A program made the translations under genes and the position numbers. The notes beneath the pieces are model-generated. The model did not search any database. It had not been told where the DNA came from and was given only the letters and a program-made list of their open reading frames with translations. A stretch of 62,442 bases of DNA, counting the filler. It is 7 parts of 7 records of this genome, joined end to end, with 100 filler letters (N's around TTAATTAATTAA, not from the genome) between each part and the next. Parts side by side here need not be neighbours in the genome. Positions count along the whole stretch, not along the records: positions 1 to 14,135 come from SRR20825006_2214; 6 more parts are not named here. One strand, given 5' to 3'. This document shows, one piece after another, positions 1 to 8,846 of this stretch. Every line of letters starts with the position of its first letter. Position 1 is the first letter of the stretch.

Positions 1-1
1 C

Positions 2-796
2 ATGAAGGTCGACAAGCACCACCACGAGGTGGCGTCGTGCCAGCACGAGCTGGGTCTGATCTTTGACAGCCTGACCAAACAGGCCGACGAGCTGCAGAAA
101 TACAAATACGTGATCCACAACGTGGCCCACGCCTATGGCAAGTCCGCCACCTTCATGCCGAAACCCATCGCGGGCGACAACGGCACAGGCATGCACGTGA
201 ACATGTCGATCTGGAAAGACGGCAAGCCCCTGTTCGCAGGCGACAAATACGCCGACCTGAGCCAGGAAGCCCTGTATTTCATCGGCGGCATCCTGTCCCA
301 CGCCAAAGCGTTGAACGCCTTCACCAACCCCGGCACCAACAGCTACAAGCGTCTGATCCCCGGCTTCGAAGCCCCCGTTCTGCGCGCCTATTCGGCCCGC
401 AACCGTTCGGGCTGCGTGCGTATTCCGTGGACAGAAAGCCCCAAAGCCAAGCGCGTCGAAGCCCGTTTCCCCGATCCTTCGGCGAACCCCTACCTGTGCT
501 TTGCTGCCCTGCTGATGGCCGGCCTTGACGGCATCCAGAACAAGATCGATCCGGGCGAAGCCATGGACAAGAACCTGTATGACCTGCCCGCAGAAGAGCT
601 GGCCGGCATCCCCACGGTGTGCGGTTCGCTGCGCGAAGCTCTGGAAGAGCTGGAAAAAGACATGGACTTCCTGCTGGCCGGTGACGTGTTCACCCGCGAC
701 CAGATCGGAGGCTATGTCGATCTGAAAATGGAAGAAGTGCACCGTTACGAACACACGCCCCACCCGGTCGAGTTCGCAATGTACTACTCCTGCTAA
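2..796 (+). CDS. glnA: Type I glutamine synthetase, 3' part (5' truncated by window edge)
   Basis: GS motifs HHHEVA, ATFMPKP, GMHVNMS, NSYKRL, RNRS, EARFPD; C-terminus [11 protein letters not shown]. Confidence 0.97.
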   Translation: MKVDKHHHEVASCQHELGLIFDSLTKQADELQKYKYVIHNVAHAYGKSATFMPKPIAGDNGTGMHVNMSIWKDGKPLFAGDKYADLSQEALYFIGGILSHAKALNAFTNPGTNSYKRLIPGFEAPVLRAYSARNRSGCVRIPWTESPKAKRVEARFPDPSANPYLCFAALLMAGLDGIQNKIDPGEAMDKNLYDLPAEELAGIPTVCGSLREALEELEKDMDFLLAGDVFTRDQIGGYVDLKMEEVHRYEHTPHPVEFAMYYSC

Positions 797-833
797 TTCG
801 GCGGCGGGCTTTGGCCCGCACATCGAGCAGACG

Positions 834-865
834 GAAAAGGCGCCCCTTCGCGGGCGCCTTTTTTC
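834..865 (+). terminator. Intrinsic terminator after glnA
   Basis: AAAAGGCGCCC-cttcgc-GGGCGCCTTTTTT hairpin followed by T tract. Confidence 0.8.
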
Positions 866-985
866 GTGGCTGTGGCAGACTGGTTTACGGGCGGGACACG
901 GGAGCCACACGCCCAGATAGAAATCACATACTCAAGGCGTCATTTTCCGGCACAAACCTGACAACCCTTGCCCCAAAGTGTTCTT

Positions 986-1013
986 TTTCTTTGTGAAACT
1001 TTCTTTGTGAAAC
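986..1013. repeat. 14-bp tandem repeat (TTTCTTTGTGAAAC x2)
   Basis: Exact adjacent copies at 986-999 and 1000-1013 in an AT-rich intergenic stretch. Confidence 0.8.
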
Positions 1014-1022
1014 GCGCATTTT

Positions 1023-1682
1023 GTGCATGATTTGCGCAATATTCGATTTGAATTTTATTTTTTGAACGAAAGGCCAATTGCAACGACTGCAACGTTTATC
1101 ACGACATCCAGCGTGATTGGCGGAACAGCCCATGTTTTTGCCGCTGACGGCGACACCTTCTATCTGCAACAGGGCATCCTGTGGGGCTCCAGCAGCGGCA
1201 ATCTGTTTTCCGGAACCTTCCTGACCGATCTTTCCATCATTCTGGCCGGTGACGACGGGGCCGACAAGATGTTTGGCGGTGACGGCGACGACACGCTGAA
1301 CGGTGGTCGGGATCAGGACACCATCCGTGGCGGCGACGGCATTGACGAGATCAACGGCGGGCGTCTGGCCGATGTGCTGCGCGGCGGTGCGGGGGCGGAC
1401 ACCTTTGTCTACACCGTCAAGCAGGACAGCAGCACCGGCGCGAGCGACACCATCCAGGGCTTTGAGGTCGCCATCGATGTGATCGACCTGAGCGCGGTGG
1501 CCTCGGGGCTGACCTTCGTGGGCACGGCCGCATTCTCCGGCACCGGCAACGAAGTCCGCTATGACATCGACGGCAATGGCAGGACCTATATCCAGTTCGA
1601 CACAGACGCCAATGGCAGCGCTGACATGCGCATCTGACTGACGGACGTGGGCGCGCTGAGCGCGGATGATTTCGTGCTGTAA
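1023..1682 (+). pseudogene. RTX/serralysin C-terminal-like Ca-binding protein with an in-frame TGA at 1635-1637
   Basis: GGxGxDxL nonapeptide repeats; DTIQGFE..DVIDLS and FVGTAAFSG motifs; the frame continues past TGA as LTDVGALSADDFVL* to 1682; start uncertain. Confidence 0.7.
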
Positions 1683-1697
1683 GCTGCCGCCTCCCAA

Positions 1698-1739
1698 CAA
1701 AAGGACGGGCCGTTGTTTCTGCAAAACGGCCCGTCTTTG
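1698..1739. terminator. Hairpin terminator after RTX-like gene
   Basis: GACGGGCCGTT ... AACGGCCCGTC inverted repeat with A/T flanks. Confidence 0.65.
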
Positions 1740-1802
1740 CCCTAAAATTGCCGCGTACTCATGTGATTGACCGAACAAGCGTCCAGACCTTGCGGAGATC
1801 AT

Positions 1803-2954
1803 ATGGCCGACACCCTGCCCCTGCACACAGATGTGCCTGCGACTGCGCACGCGCTGGGTGCCCGTGCGATCCGCCCTGATATCGCCGATCTGTGCGGGCG
1901 GGTGAATGCCGCGATCAAGGACACCGGCATGGTGTTGGAGCAGGTTTCAGACCTGTCTGACGGTCAGGCATTGTTCAGCCATCCGCGCGTGCATCTGCAA
2001 ATCACGACGCATCGGCGCAAGATGCCGCGTCAGGTCGTTGCCGGTGCGTTGGCCAGCCCTTTCGCCAAGGCGCGCATCCCCGATTACGATGGCCTGTTTG
2101 CGGCTCACACCGGTTATGTCACGCTGGACGTGGGCCATGGTGCGGGTCCCGAGGACGCGATCAAGGACAAGCTGCCGCTGGTGCTGCGTCTGCGCGTGCT
2201 CAAGGCTGCACTGGACGCGCTGATTGCCAAGACCCCGGTGACGCTGGTGCATTGGGTGCAATCCGACATGGTCTGTGTCCCGTCCGAGCTGGACATGTGG
2301 AAAGGCCGCGACCTGCCCTTTACGCTGGTCATGCACCCCCTGCCCCTGCCTGCTGGTCCCGACATCGACGGCGCCGCACGGTTGGGTATGGTTGCAGGCT
2401 GTTCCGAACATCTGTTGGGCAAGACCCTGTATCTGGACCCGATGCCGCGCGATCAGGCCACCGGGTTCCGGCAACTGGTGTCGATCCTGAACGAACACCA
2501 CGAAGGCCGCATTCACCTGAACCATGGGGACAGCCTGGAACTGACTGACGGCACCCTTCTGCACGTGCGCCATGAAAACGCGGTCTCGGCGGACAGAACC
2601 GGACGTATCTGCGTCGGGCTGACCCCGCCGCAGGTGCGCGCCCCCACCGCAACGGACGCCGCGGGGTTCGAGGACCGCCTGTCGCGGCTCAAAGGTGTGG
2701 CGCGTGGCGGGGAGAAGATGGCGGTCAGCATCCACGACAAGGTCGAGGCGGAATCCCGCCCACGCAAAAGCCTGCTGTCGCGGCTGGCGTTTCCGTTGCT
2801 GGTGCGCGGCGTGGCGGTCCCGGCAGTGCTTCTGGCGCTCTATTATACCTTTGTCGCACCGCCAAAGCCGGTGTCATTGGCCGACAACACCCCGCAAGCC
2901 GAGGGGCTGCTTCCGTCCCAGATCACATCTGCGCAAGGAACTGCACAGCCGTAG
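1803..2954 (+). CDS. Hypothetical protein with C-terminal transmembrane helix
   Basis: Long ORF, GGAG RBS before ATG 1803, hydrophobic segment VAVPAVLLALYYTFV. Confidence 0.7.
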   Translation: MADTLPLHTDVPATAHALGARAIRPDIADLCGRVNAAIKDTGMVLEQVSDLSDGQALFSHPRVHLQITTHRRKMPRQVVAGALASPFAKARIPDYDGLFAAHTGYVTLDVGHGAGPEDAIKDKLPLVLRLRVLKAALDALIAKTPVTLVHWVQSDMVCVPSELDMWKGRDLPFTLVMHPLPLPAGPDIDGAARLGMVAGCSEHLLGKTLYLDPMPRDQATGFRQLVSILNEHHEGRIHLNHGDSLELTDGTLLHVRHENAVSADRTGRICVGLTPPQVRAPTATDAAGFEDRLSRLKGVARGGEKMAVSIHDKVEAESRPRKSLLSRLAFPLLVRGVAVPAVLLALYYTFVAPPKPVSLADNTPQAEGLLPSQITSAQGTAQP

Positions 2955-3027
2955 AGCTAACGCTTTACGCAGTCTCGGAATACAGCAATACTGAACCGTC
3001 TGTTGTTGATATCGGGAAGATTTTTTT

Positions 3028-3840
3028 ATGTCATTTCGCAGCTTTGCCCACTCGCTCGCCCTGTCGTTGACCGCAGCGTTTTGCCTGACACCGGCGGCTT
3101 ATGCGGCCAGTTGCGGCAACACCTCGGCGGGGTTCGAGGCGTGGAAAAAGGAATTCGCCGCCGAAGCGCAACGCGCAGGTGTGAAACAGCGCGGGCTGGA
3201 TGCGCTGGCACGGGCCAGCTATGCGTCGGGCACGATCGCGGCGGACCGCAATCAGAAGTCGTTCAAATACACCTTGTCAAAGTTCATGCAGGTTCGCGGG
3301 GCTGACACGATTGTCGCGCAGGGCCGCAAACGCAAGGCCAAAAGCCCGTCGTTCTATCAGGCGCTCGAGGCGCAATATGGCGTCCCCGCGGGCGTGATCA
3401 TCGCCATTCACGGCATGGAAACGGCCTTTGGCGGGTTCATGGGCGACACCTCCGTTGTCTCGGCCATCACCACGCTGACCTATGACTGCCGCCGCTCTGC
3501 ATTTTTCCAGCCTCATGCCATCGGCGCACTGATGCTGGTGGACCGCGGTGCCATCGACGGGGCGACCAAAGGGGCCAAGCACGGCGAGCTGGGGCATACA
3601 CAGTTCCTGCCCGGCAATGCGATGACCTATGGCGTGGACGGCAACGGTGACGGGCGGATTGATTTCTACAACCAGACCGACGCGCTGGCCTCGACCGCAA
3701 ATTTCCTGCGCGCCAAGGGCTGGAAACCCGGTCAGGGCTATCAGGAAGGCCAGCCGAATTTTGCCGTGATCAAACAGTGGAACGCGGCCACCGTCTATCA
3801 GCAGGCCATCGCCATCATGGGCGCGCGCATCGACGGCTGA
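3028..3840 (+). CDS. Lytic murein transglycosylase (MltB/SLT_2 family)
   Basis: Signal peptide; AIHGMET, GELGHTQFLP, EF-hand DGNGDGRID, ALASTANFL. Confidence 0.9.
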   Translation: MSFRSFAHSLALSLTAAFCLTPAAYAASCGNTSAGFEAWKKEFAAEAQRAGVKQRGLDALARASYASGTIAADRNQKSFKYTLSKFMQVRGADTIVAQGRKRKAKSPSFYQALEAQYGVPAGVIIAIHGMETAFGGFMGDTSVVSAITTLTYDCRRSAFFQPHAIGALMLVDRGAIDGATKGAKHGELGHTQFLPGNAMTYGVDGNGDGRIDFYNQTDALASTANFLRAKGWKPGQGYQEGQPNFAVIKQWNAATVYQQAIAIMGARIDG

Positions 3841-4064
3841 TGCATCCGTGCCGCAGGTGCGTGCCCACGCGCCTGCACATCTCCTCTGGCTCTTGAACAA
3901 ACGCAATCGCTGCGCCATATGCGGTGCCAAGGGTCCAGTGCCCCTGCCGCCTGCATGTGGTGAAGCTCTGGCTGAACTGTCCCGTCTGATCCCAATCTGA
4001 TCGCACCGGACCCCGGCAATGCAGGCACCCGGCACCACCTTGCGATCCTGACAGGATTGAAGAC

Positions 4065-4526
4065 ATGGAACACACACTTCCCTCGCGCGATGCGCTCAAG
4101 GCTCAGGCCAAACGCCTGCGTGCCGATCTGGCGGCCCAAGGCACGCCCATCACCCATGCGCAGGCGCTGGAAACCCTTGCCCATCAATGGGGCGCGCGTG
4201 ACTGGAACACGCTGTCGGCGCGGCTGGGCAATGATGCGCCTGCGGGGTTCGCCCCCGGCATGGCCGTCTCAGGCCGCTATCTGGGTCACCGGTTTACCGG
4301 CTACGTCAAGGCCGCGCGGATGATGGCGCATGGCCACTGGCAGTTAACGCTGCGCTTTGACCAACCGGTGGACGTGGTCACCTCGCCGCATTTCAGCAAC
4401 TTCCGGCAACAGGTGAACTGCACGGTGGATGCCGACGGGGCCAGCCCGCGCAAAACCTCGGACGGTCAGCCGCAGATGGTCATCGACATGGCCTGGCGGG
4501 TCACGTCCTCGGCCCGCAGCACATAG
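4065..4526 (+). CDS. Glyoxalase superfamily (Glyoxalase_8-like) protein
   Basis: N-terminal LKAQAKRLR..THAQALETLAHQWGARDWNTL motif. Confidence 0.75.
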   Translation: MEHTLPSRDALKAQAKRLRADLAAQGTPITHAQALETLAHQWGARDWNTLSARLGNDAPAGFAPGMAVSGRYLGHRFTGYVKAARMMAHGHWQLTLRFDQPVDVVTSPHFSNFRQQVNCTVDADGASPRKTSDGQPQMVIDMAWRVTSSARST

Positions 4527-5218
4527 GTGTGGATCGCAAAGACCACCGTTCCCGAGTGCGGCAGGCGGATCAGCGTCTGCCGCTCTGACCGGAAATAGCC
4601 CGCGCCTTCGCGTTTGTGGCGCGGTTCGGTGACACTGCGCGGCTGGTGCAGTTCGGGATCATCATACCAAAGCGCGTTGAACCGCCACAGCGGGCGGCCC
4701 GCCTGAATGCCATCGAACAGCCGCTGCACGCGCTTGGCGATGTTCTCGTCGTAGGACGCCACCGGATCGTGGATGGCCACCAATGGACGCCCTGCCTTTT
4801 CATCCAGCCGCCAGCTGGCCGGAAAGCACAGAACAGCACCGGTCAGCACATGTTCGGCGCCGCGTTTGTCCAGCAGGACGAAATCGCATTGCACCAGACG
4901 CCCCAGCGTTTCCAACGGGTTCGCGCGACCCACGGTGACGTGCCGTCCGTCCGGGCAGGTCACGCCCTCGCCCGCTTGGGCAAAGCCCAGATCAGGCAGC
5001 AGGTCCAGCACCACCTCCAACAGCTCAACCGCTGCTGCGTGGGCTTGTGGTTCAAGATAGAGAACTTTGTCCGCCCTGGTCCCGAGCAGGTCACAGCGGC
5101 GCGCCATCTGTCCGGCATAGGCCTCGTCGACACGCAGCCAAGGCTCTGTCACGGGTTGAATCCCGGGCAAGGCGCGAGGTGTGAAATCGTAGGGAATTGT
5201 TTGGTGTAGAATGGTCAT
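4466..5218 (-). CDS. DUF3445 / heme-dependent oxidative N-demethylase alpha-subunit-like protein
   Basis: LCFPASWRL.EK.G..L..IH.PV, WRFN, RSERQTL.RLP motifs. Confidence 0.85.
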   Translation of the reverse strand: MTILHQTIPYDFTPRALPGIQPVTEPWLRVDEAYAGQMARRCDLLGTRADKVLYLEPQAHAAAVELLEVVLDLLPDLGFAQAGEGVTCPDGRHVTVGRANPLETLGRLVQCDFVLLDKRGAEHVLTGAVLCFPASWRLDEKAGRPLVAIHDPVASYDENIAKRVQRLFDGIQAGRPLWRFNALWYDDPELHQPRSVTEPRHKREGAGYFRSERQTLIRLPHSGTVVFAIHTYVLRAEDVTRQAMSMTICG

Positions 5219-5295
5219 GGCCCCTCGCTAGCCTTGCCCGAAACAAGGTGCAAGTCAGACCGCAGCGGAACCATCCGATGCGCGTGCCAAAATAC

Positions 5296-5330
5296 AAAAA
5301 AGGCGCGCACCCTGCGGTCCGCGCCCTTTC
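5296..5330 (-). terminator. Terminator downstream of bioY
   Basis: GGCGCG...CGCGCC stem with an A6 run on the + strand (U tract on the - strand). Confidence 0.6.
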
Positions 5331-5349
5331 AAATCAGTTGCCTGTCAGA

Positions 5350-5949
5350 TCAGCCGCGTGCGCGGTCGATCAATTTCCAGATCCCCGGCAACAGCACGGC
5401 GGCCAGCGCCAGCTTGATGACATCCCCGATCAGGAACGGTGTCAGACCCCATTGCAGGATCGGCTTGTCCCAACCGTAAAGCTGACCCAGCCACGCCAGA
5501 CCCGGCAGATAGATCACCGCGTTGCCCATCAGCATCGCCAGCGCCATCCAGCCAACAGAGCGGTCCCAGCCGCGTTGCGCCAGAACGCCCAGCACAACCG
5601 TCGCCAGAACGTAGCCCACGAGATAACCGCCGGTGCCGCCCATCATATATGTCAGACCAAATGTCTGCGCAGACGAACCTGCAAAAACGTCCAGACCCAG
5701 AGCGCCGACAATCATGTAGCCGAGGATCGTCACCAGACCCAGACGCGCGCCATATGCGGCGCCGATGGCCAGAACGGCAAAGGTGCCCATCGTGATCGGG
5801 ACGGGCCACATCGGCACCTTGATTTTTGCTGCAACTGCGAGCAACAGAATACCTGCAGCCACCATAAGCACCTGGCGCGCGCGCAAAGTCAGTTTGTCTT
5901 CCGATTCAAGAAGATCACTTAGCACTCTATTTTGCATCGTTTTTTCCAC
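5350..5949 (-). CDS. bioY: Biotin transporter BioY (start may be ATG 5937)
   Basis: PVPITM, GTGGYLVG, PFLIGD.IK motifs; hydrophobic. Confidence 0.93.
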   Translation of the reverse strand: MEKTMQNRVLSDLLESEDKLTLRARQVLMVAAGILLLAVAAKIKVPMWPVPITMGTFAVLAIGAAYGARLGLVTILGYMIVGALGLDVFAGSSAQTFGLTYMMGGTGGYLVGYVLATVVLGVLAQRGWDRSVGWMALAMLMGNAVIYLPGLAWLGQLYGWDKPILQWGLTPFLIGDVIKLALAAVLLPGIWKLIDRARG

Positions 5950-6042
5950 CAGGCAGCTCCGTTCGTTTCTTTAAATTGTTTCTCCAATGGTGCCAATCCG
6001 CCAAGGTTTCTGCAAGTGCGAAATCCCCTCAAACGGGCAAAA

Positions 6043-6471
6043 CTACGCCGGTCGATAGCGGCTGGTCATTTGATAGGCTTTTCTTGGCCCGCGCACCGCC
6101 CATGTGATGGTGAATGCAGGCCAATCGCTGAAATCATAGGATCCGTCGTATTGATCGGGATCACACCAATGCCCCGTTTCGCCCCCTGTGGGCGGGACGG
6201 TGTGAAAGAACCGCCCATCGTCGAAATAGACCCGCAAGCCTGCATCCCACAGATAGACCCGTTGCCCCGCCATCGCTGGTCCGTCCCCTATGCGCATCTC
6301 GCCCTCTTCGATACAGCGCAGCCGGTCGCCGTCAGGCGTCCAGGTGGCGGTGCCCGTGAACTGGGCGACGGTCCCGTCGTCGTGCACAATCTGCCGCTCC
6401 AACCGCCAGCGGCCTGCAAAATCGCTCAAGGTGCGGGATGTAGCGCCCTGGGACATGGGAGGTATTGTCAC
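6043..6471 (-). CDS. DUF6314-like protein
   Basis: F.DGRFFH, HWCDPD.Y, W.V.GPRK.Y motifs. Confidence 0.75.
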   Translation of the reverse strand: MTIPPMSQGATSRTLSDFAGRWRLERQIVHDDGTVAQFTGTATWTPDGDRLRCIEEGEMRIGDGPAMAGQRVYLWDAGLRVYFDDGRFFHTVPPTGGETGHWCDPDQYDGSYDFSDWPAFTITWAVRGPRKAYQMTSRYRPA

Positions 6472-6546
6472 TCGAAAGGTTGTGATGCGTCGCGGCGCAG
6501 TTTATGAGCCGCAGCAACTGCTGAACAGTCATGAAAAGGTGCGCCC

Positions 6547-7851
6547 ATGATCCCCCGTTATTCCCGTCCCGATATGGTTGCGATCTGGGAACCAGCAACC
6601 AAGTTCAAGATCTGGTACGAGATCGAGGCCCACGCCTGCGATGCGATGGCCGATCTGGGCGTGATCCCGCGTGAAAACGCCGATGCCGTGTGGAAAGCCA
6701 AGGACGTTGAATTCGACGTGGCCCGCATCGACGAGATCGAAGCCGTCACCAAACACGACGTCATCGCGTTCCTGACGCATCTGGCCGAACATGTGGGCAG
6801 CGACGAGGCGCGTTTCGTGCATCAGGGCATGACATCCTCGGACGTGCTGGACACCTGCCTGAACGTGCAACTTGTCCGCGCCGCCGACATCCTGCTGAAC
6901 GATCTGGATGCCCTGCTGGCCGCGTTGAAAAAGCGCGCGCTTGAGCATAAGAACACCGTGCGCGTGGGCCGCAGCCACGGCATCCACGCCGAACCCACCA
7001 CGATGGGTCTGACATTCGCCCGCTTCTACGCCGAGATGGACCGCAACCGCGACCGCCTGAAAGCGGCGCGCGCCGAGATTGCGACCGGTGCGATTTCCGG
7101 TGCCGTCGGCACATTCGCCAACATCGACCCGGCGGTCGAAGCGCACGTCTGCGCCAAACTGGGCCTGACGCCCGAGCCGATCAGCACACAGGTGATCCCG
7201 CGCGACCGTCACGCGATGTTCTTTGCTGTGCTGGGCGTCATCGCCTCGTCCATCGAAAACGTCGCCATAGAAATCCGCCACATGCAGCGCACCGAAGTGC
7301 TGGAAGGCGCGGAGTTCTTCTCGATGGGTCAGAAGGGTTCGTCCGCGATGCCGCACAAGAAGAACCCTGTTCTGACCGAGAACCTGACCGGCCTTGCCCG
7401 TCTGGTGCGCATGTCGGTGATCCCCGCGATGGAAAACGTGGCCCTGTGGCACGAGCGGGACATTTCGCACAGCTCGGTCGAGCGGGCGATTGGGCCTGAC
7501 ACGACCATCACGCTGGACTTTGCGTTGGCGCGGCTGACGGGCGTGATCGACAAGATGCTGATTTTCCCGCAGAACATGCTGGACAACATGAACAAATTCC
7601 CCGGCCTGGTGATGAGCCAGCGGGTGCTGCTGGCGCTGACACAGGCCGGTGTCAGCCGCGAGGATGCCTATGCCATGGTGCAGCGCAATGCGCTGAAGGT
7701 CTGGGAAGAGCGGGTCGATTTCCGCGAACAGCTGCTGGCCGACGCCGATGTGGTCGCCGCACTGGGCGCGGATGCGATCAACGAGAAGTTCGACATGGAT
7801 TACCACACCAAACACGTCGACACGATCTTTGCCCGCGTTTTCGGCGACTGA
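6547..7851 (+). CDS. purB: Adenylosuccinate lyase
   Basis: MIPRYSR start, TKHDVIAF, GRSHGIHAEP, signature SSAMPHKKNP. Confidence 0.98.
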   Translation: MIPRYSRPDMVAIWEPATKFKIWYEIEAHACDAMADLGVIPRENADAVWKAKDVEFDVARIDEIEAVTKHDVIAFLTHLAEHVGSDEARFVHQGMTSSDVLDTCLNVQLVRAADILLNDLDALLAALKKRALEHKNTVRVGRSHGIHAEPTTMGLTFARFYAEMDRNRDRLKAARAEIATGAISGAVGTFANIDPAVEAHVCAKLGLTPEPISTQVIPRDRHAMFFAVLGVIASSIENVAIEIRHMQRTEVLEGAEFFSMGQKGSSAMPHKKNPVLTENLTGLARLVRMSVIPAMENVALWHERDISHSSVERAIGPDTTITLDFALARLTGVIDKMLIFPQNMLDNMNKFPGLVMSQRVLLALTQAGVSREDAYAMVQRNALKVWEERVDFREQLLADADVVAALGADAINEKFDMDYHTKHVDTIFARVFGD

Positions 7852-7864
7852 TCGCACAGACCGA

Positions 7865-7904
7865 CGCGCGACGGATTTTTGATTAGGTCCGTCGCGCGCT
7901 TTGT
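7865..7904 (+). terminator. Hairpin after purB
   Basis: CGCGCGACGGA...TCCGTCGCGCG 11-bp inverted repeat followed by CTTTGT. Confidence 0.6.
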
Positions 7905-7959
7905 CGTATCCTGATTGCCATCACACTATAATACATTCGGCAATCAAGGAGACGAACAG

Positions 7960-8121
7960 ATGAAAATCACACGTATCGCCACCACGCTGGCGCTTGTATT
8001 GGCCCCCGTATTCGCCGTGGCCGAAGGCTGTGGCGGGATGAAGGATCAGCAGGCGATGTCCTGTGCTGAAGGGTCGAATTTTGACCACACAACAGGCACC
8101 TGCGTTCCCGTCAGCACCTGA
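7960..8121 (+). CDS. Small secreted Cys-containing protein (53 aa)
   Basis: AAGGAG RBS; signal peptide MKITRIATTLALVLAP; C-x11-C near C-terminus. Confidence 0.7.
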   Translation: MKITRIATTLALVLAPVFAVAEGCGGMKDQQAMSCAEGSNFDHTTGTCVPVST

Positions 8122-8213
8122 AACACCGTTCACGACCTGTTGATCGCAAAAACGGCTCGCGTTTTCGGAAAATGCGTTATCTATTCCCGGTATAGTTAAT
8201 GGGAGTTGTTCTG

Positions 8214-8759
8214 ATGCGTGTTACCCTACTGGCTGCGGCTCTGACCCTGCCCCTTTCCGTGGCTGCACCGCTTTATGCGGCTGGCAGCGGCAATGACACG
8301 GCCCCGACGCCGACCCAGACCAGCAAGGACTGCAAGGGTGTGCGTGTCTGGGACGAAGAAAAACAGCGCTGCGTCAAACCCAAGGAATCGCGTCTGGATG
8401 ACGACCAGCTGTACCAGGCGGTCCGCGAGCTGGCCTATGCCGGTCGCTACGAAGACGCCCAAGGGGTGCTGGACGCCATGTCCGACCAGTCGGACGACCG
8501 CGTGCTAACCTATCGCGGCTTTACCGCGCGCAAGCAGGGACAGATCGACGTGGCCATGGTGTTCTACCAACAGGCGCTGGATGCCAATCCCGACAACCTG
8601 CTGGCCCGCTCCTACATGGGTCAGGGGCTGGTGGCGCAGGGTGATCGCGTGGCCGCGCTGACGCAGTTGCGTGAGATCAACGCCCGTGGCGGTGGCGACA
8701 CCTGGGCCGCCAAATCGCTGCGCACGGCGATCGAGACCGGCGTGACCTACAACTACTAA
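8214..8759 (+). CDS. Secreted tetratricopeptide-repeat protein
   Basis: Signal peptide; TPR-like YQQALDANPDNLLARSYMGQG. Confidence 0.8.
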   Translation: MRVTLLAAALTLPLSVAAPLYAAGSGNDTAPTPTQTSKDCKGVRVWDEEKQRCVKPKESRLDDDQLYQAVRELAYAGRYEDAQGVLDAMSDQSDDRVLTYRGFTARKQGQIDVAMVFYQQALDANPDNLLARSYMGQGLVAQGDRVAALTQLREINARGGGDTWAAKSLRTAIETGVTYNY

Positions 8760-8846
8760 GCTTCGAACCCGCCTGATTTCAGGCTTTGTTCACCAATAGA
8801 TGCCACAACATGCAGGACCTTTGTTCCTGTGTGTTGAGGCCATCTG

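Noticed and set aside
1635-1637. Selenocysteine codon
   Set aside because: Not a redox or Cys-equivalent position and no evident SECIS hairpin.
4466-4526. 61-bp convergent overlap as antisense regulation
   Set aside because: Short tail-to-tail overlaps are common in GC-rich genomes; no further signal.
6529-7857. 442-aa antisense ORF opposite purB
   Set aside because: Shadow ORF from high-GC codon bias; no recognisable motifs.
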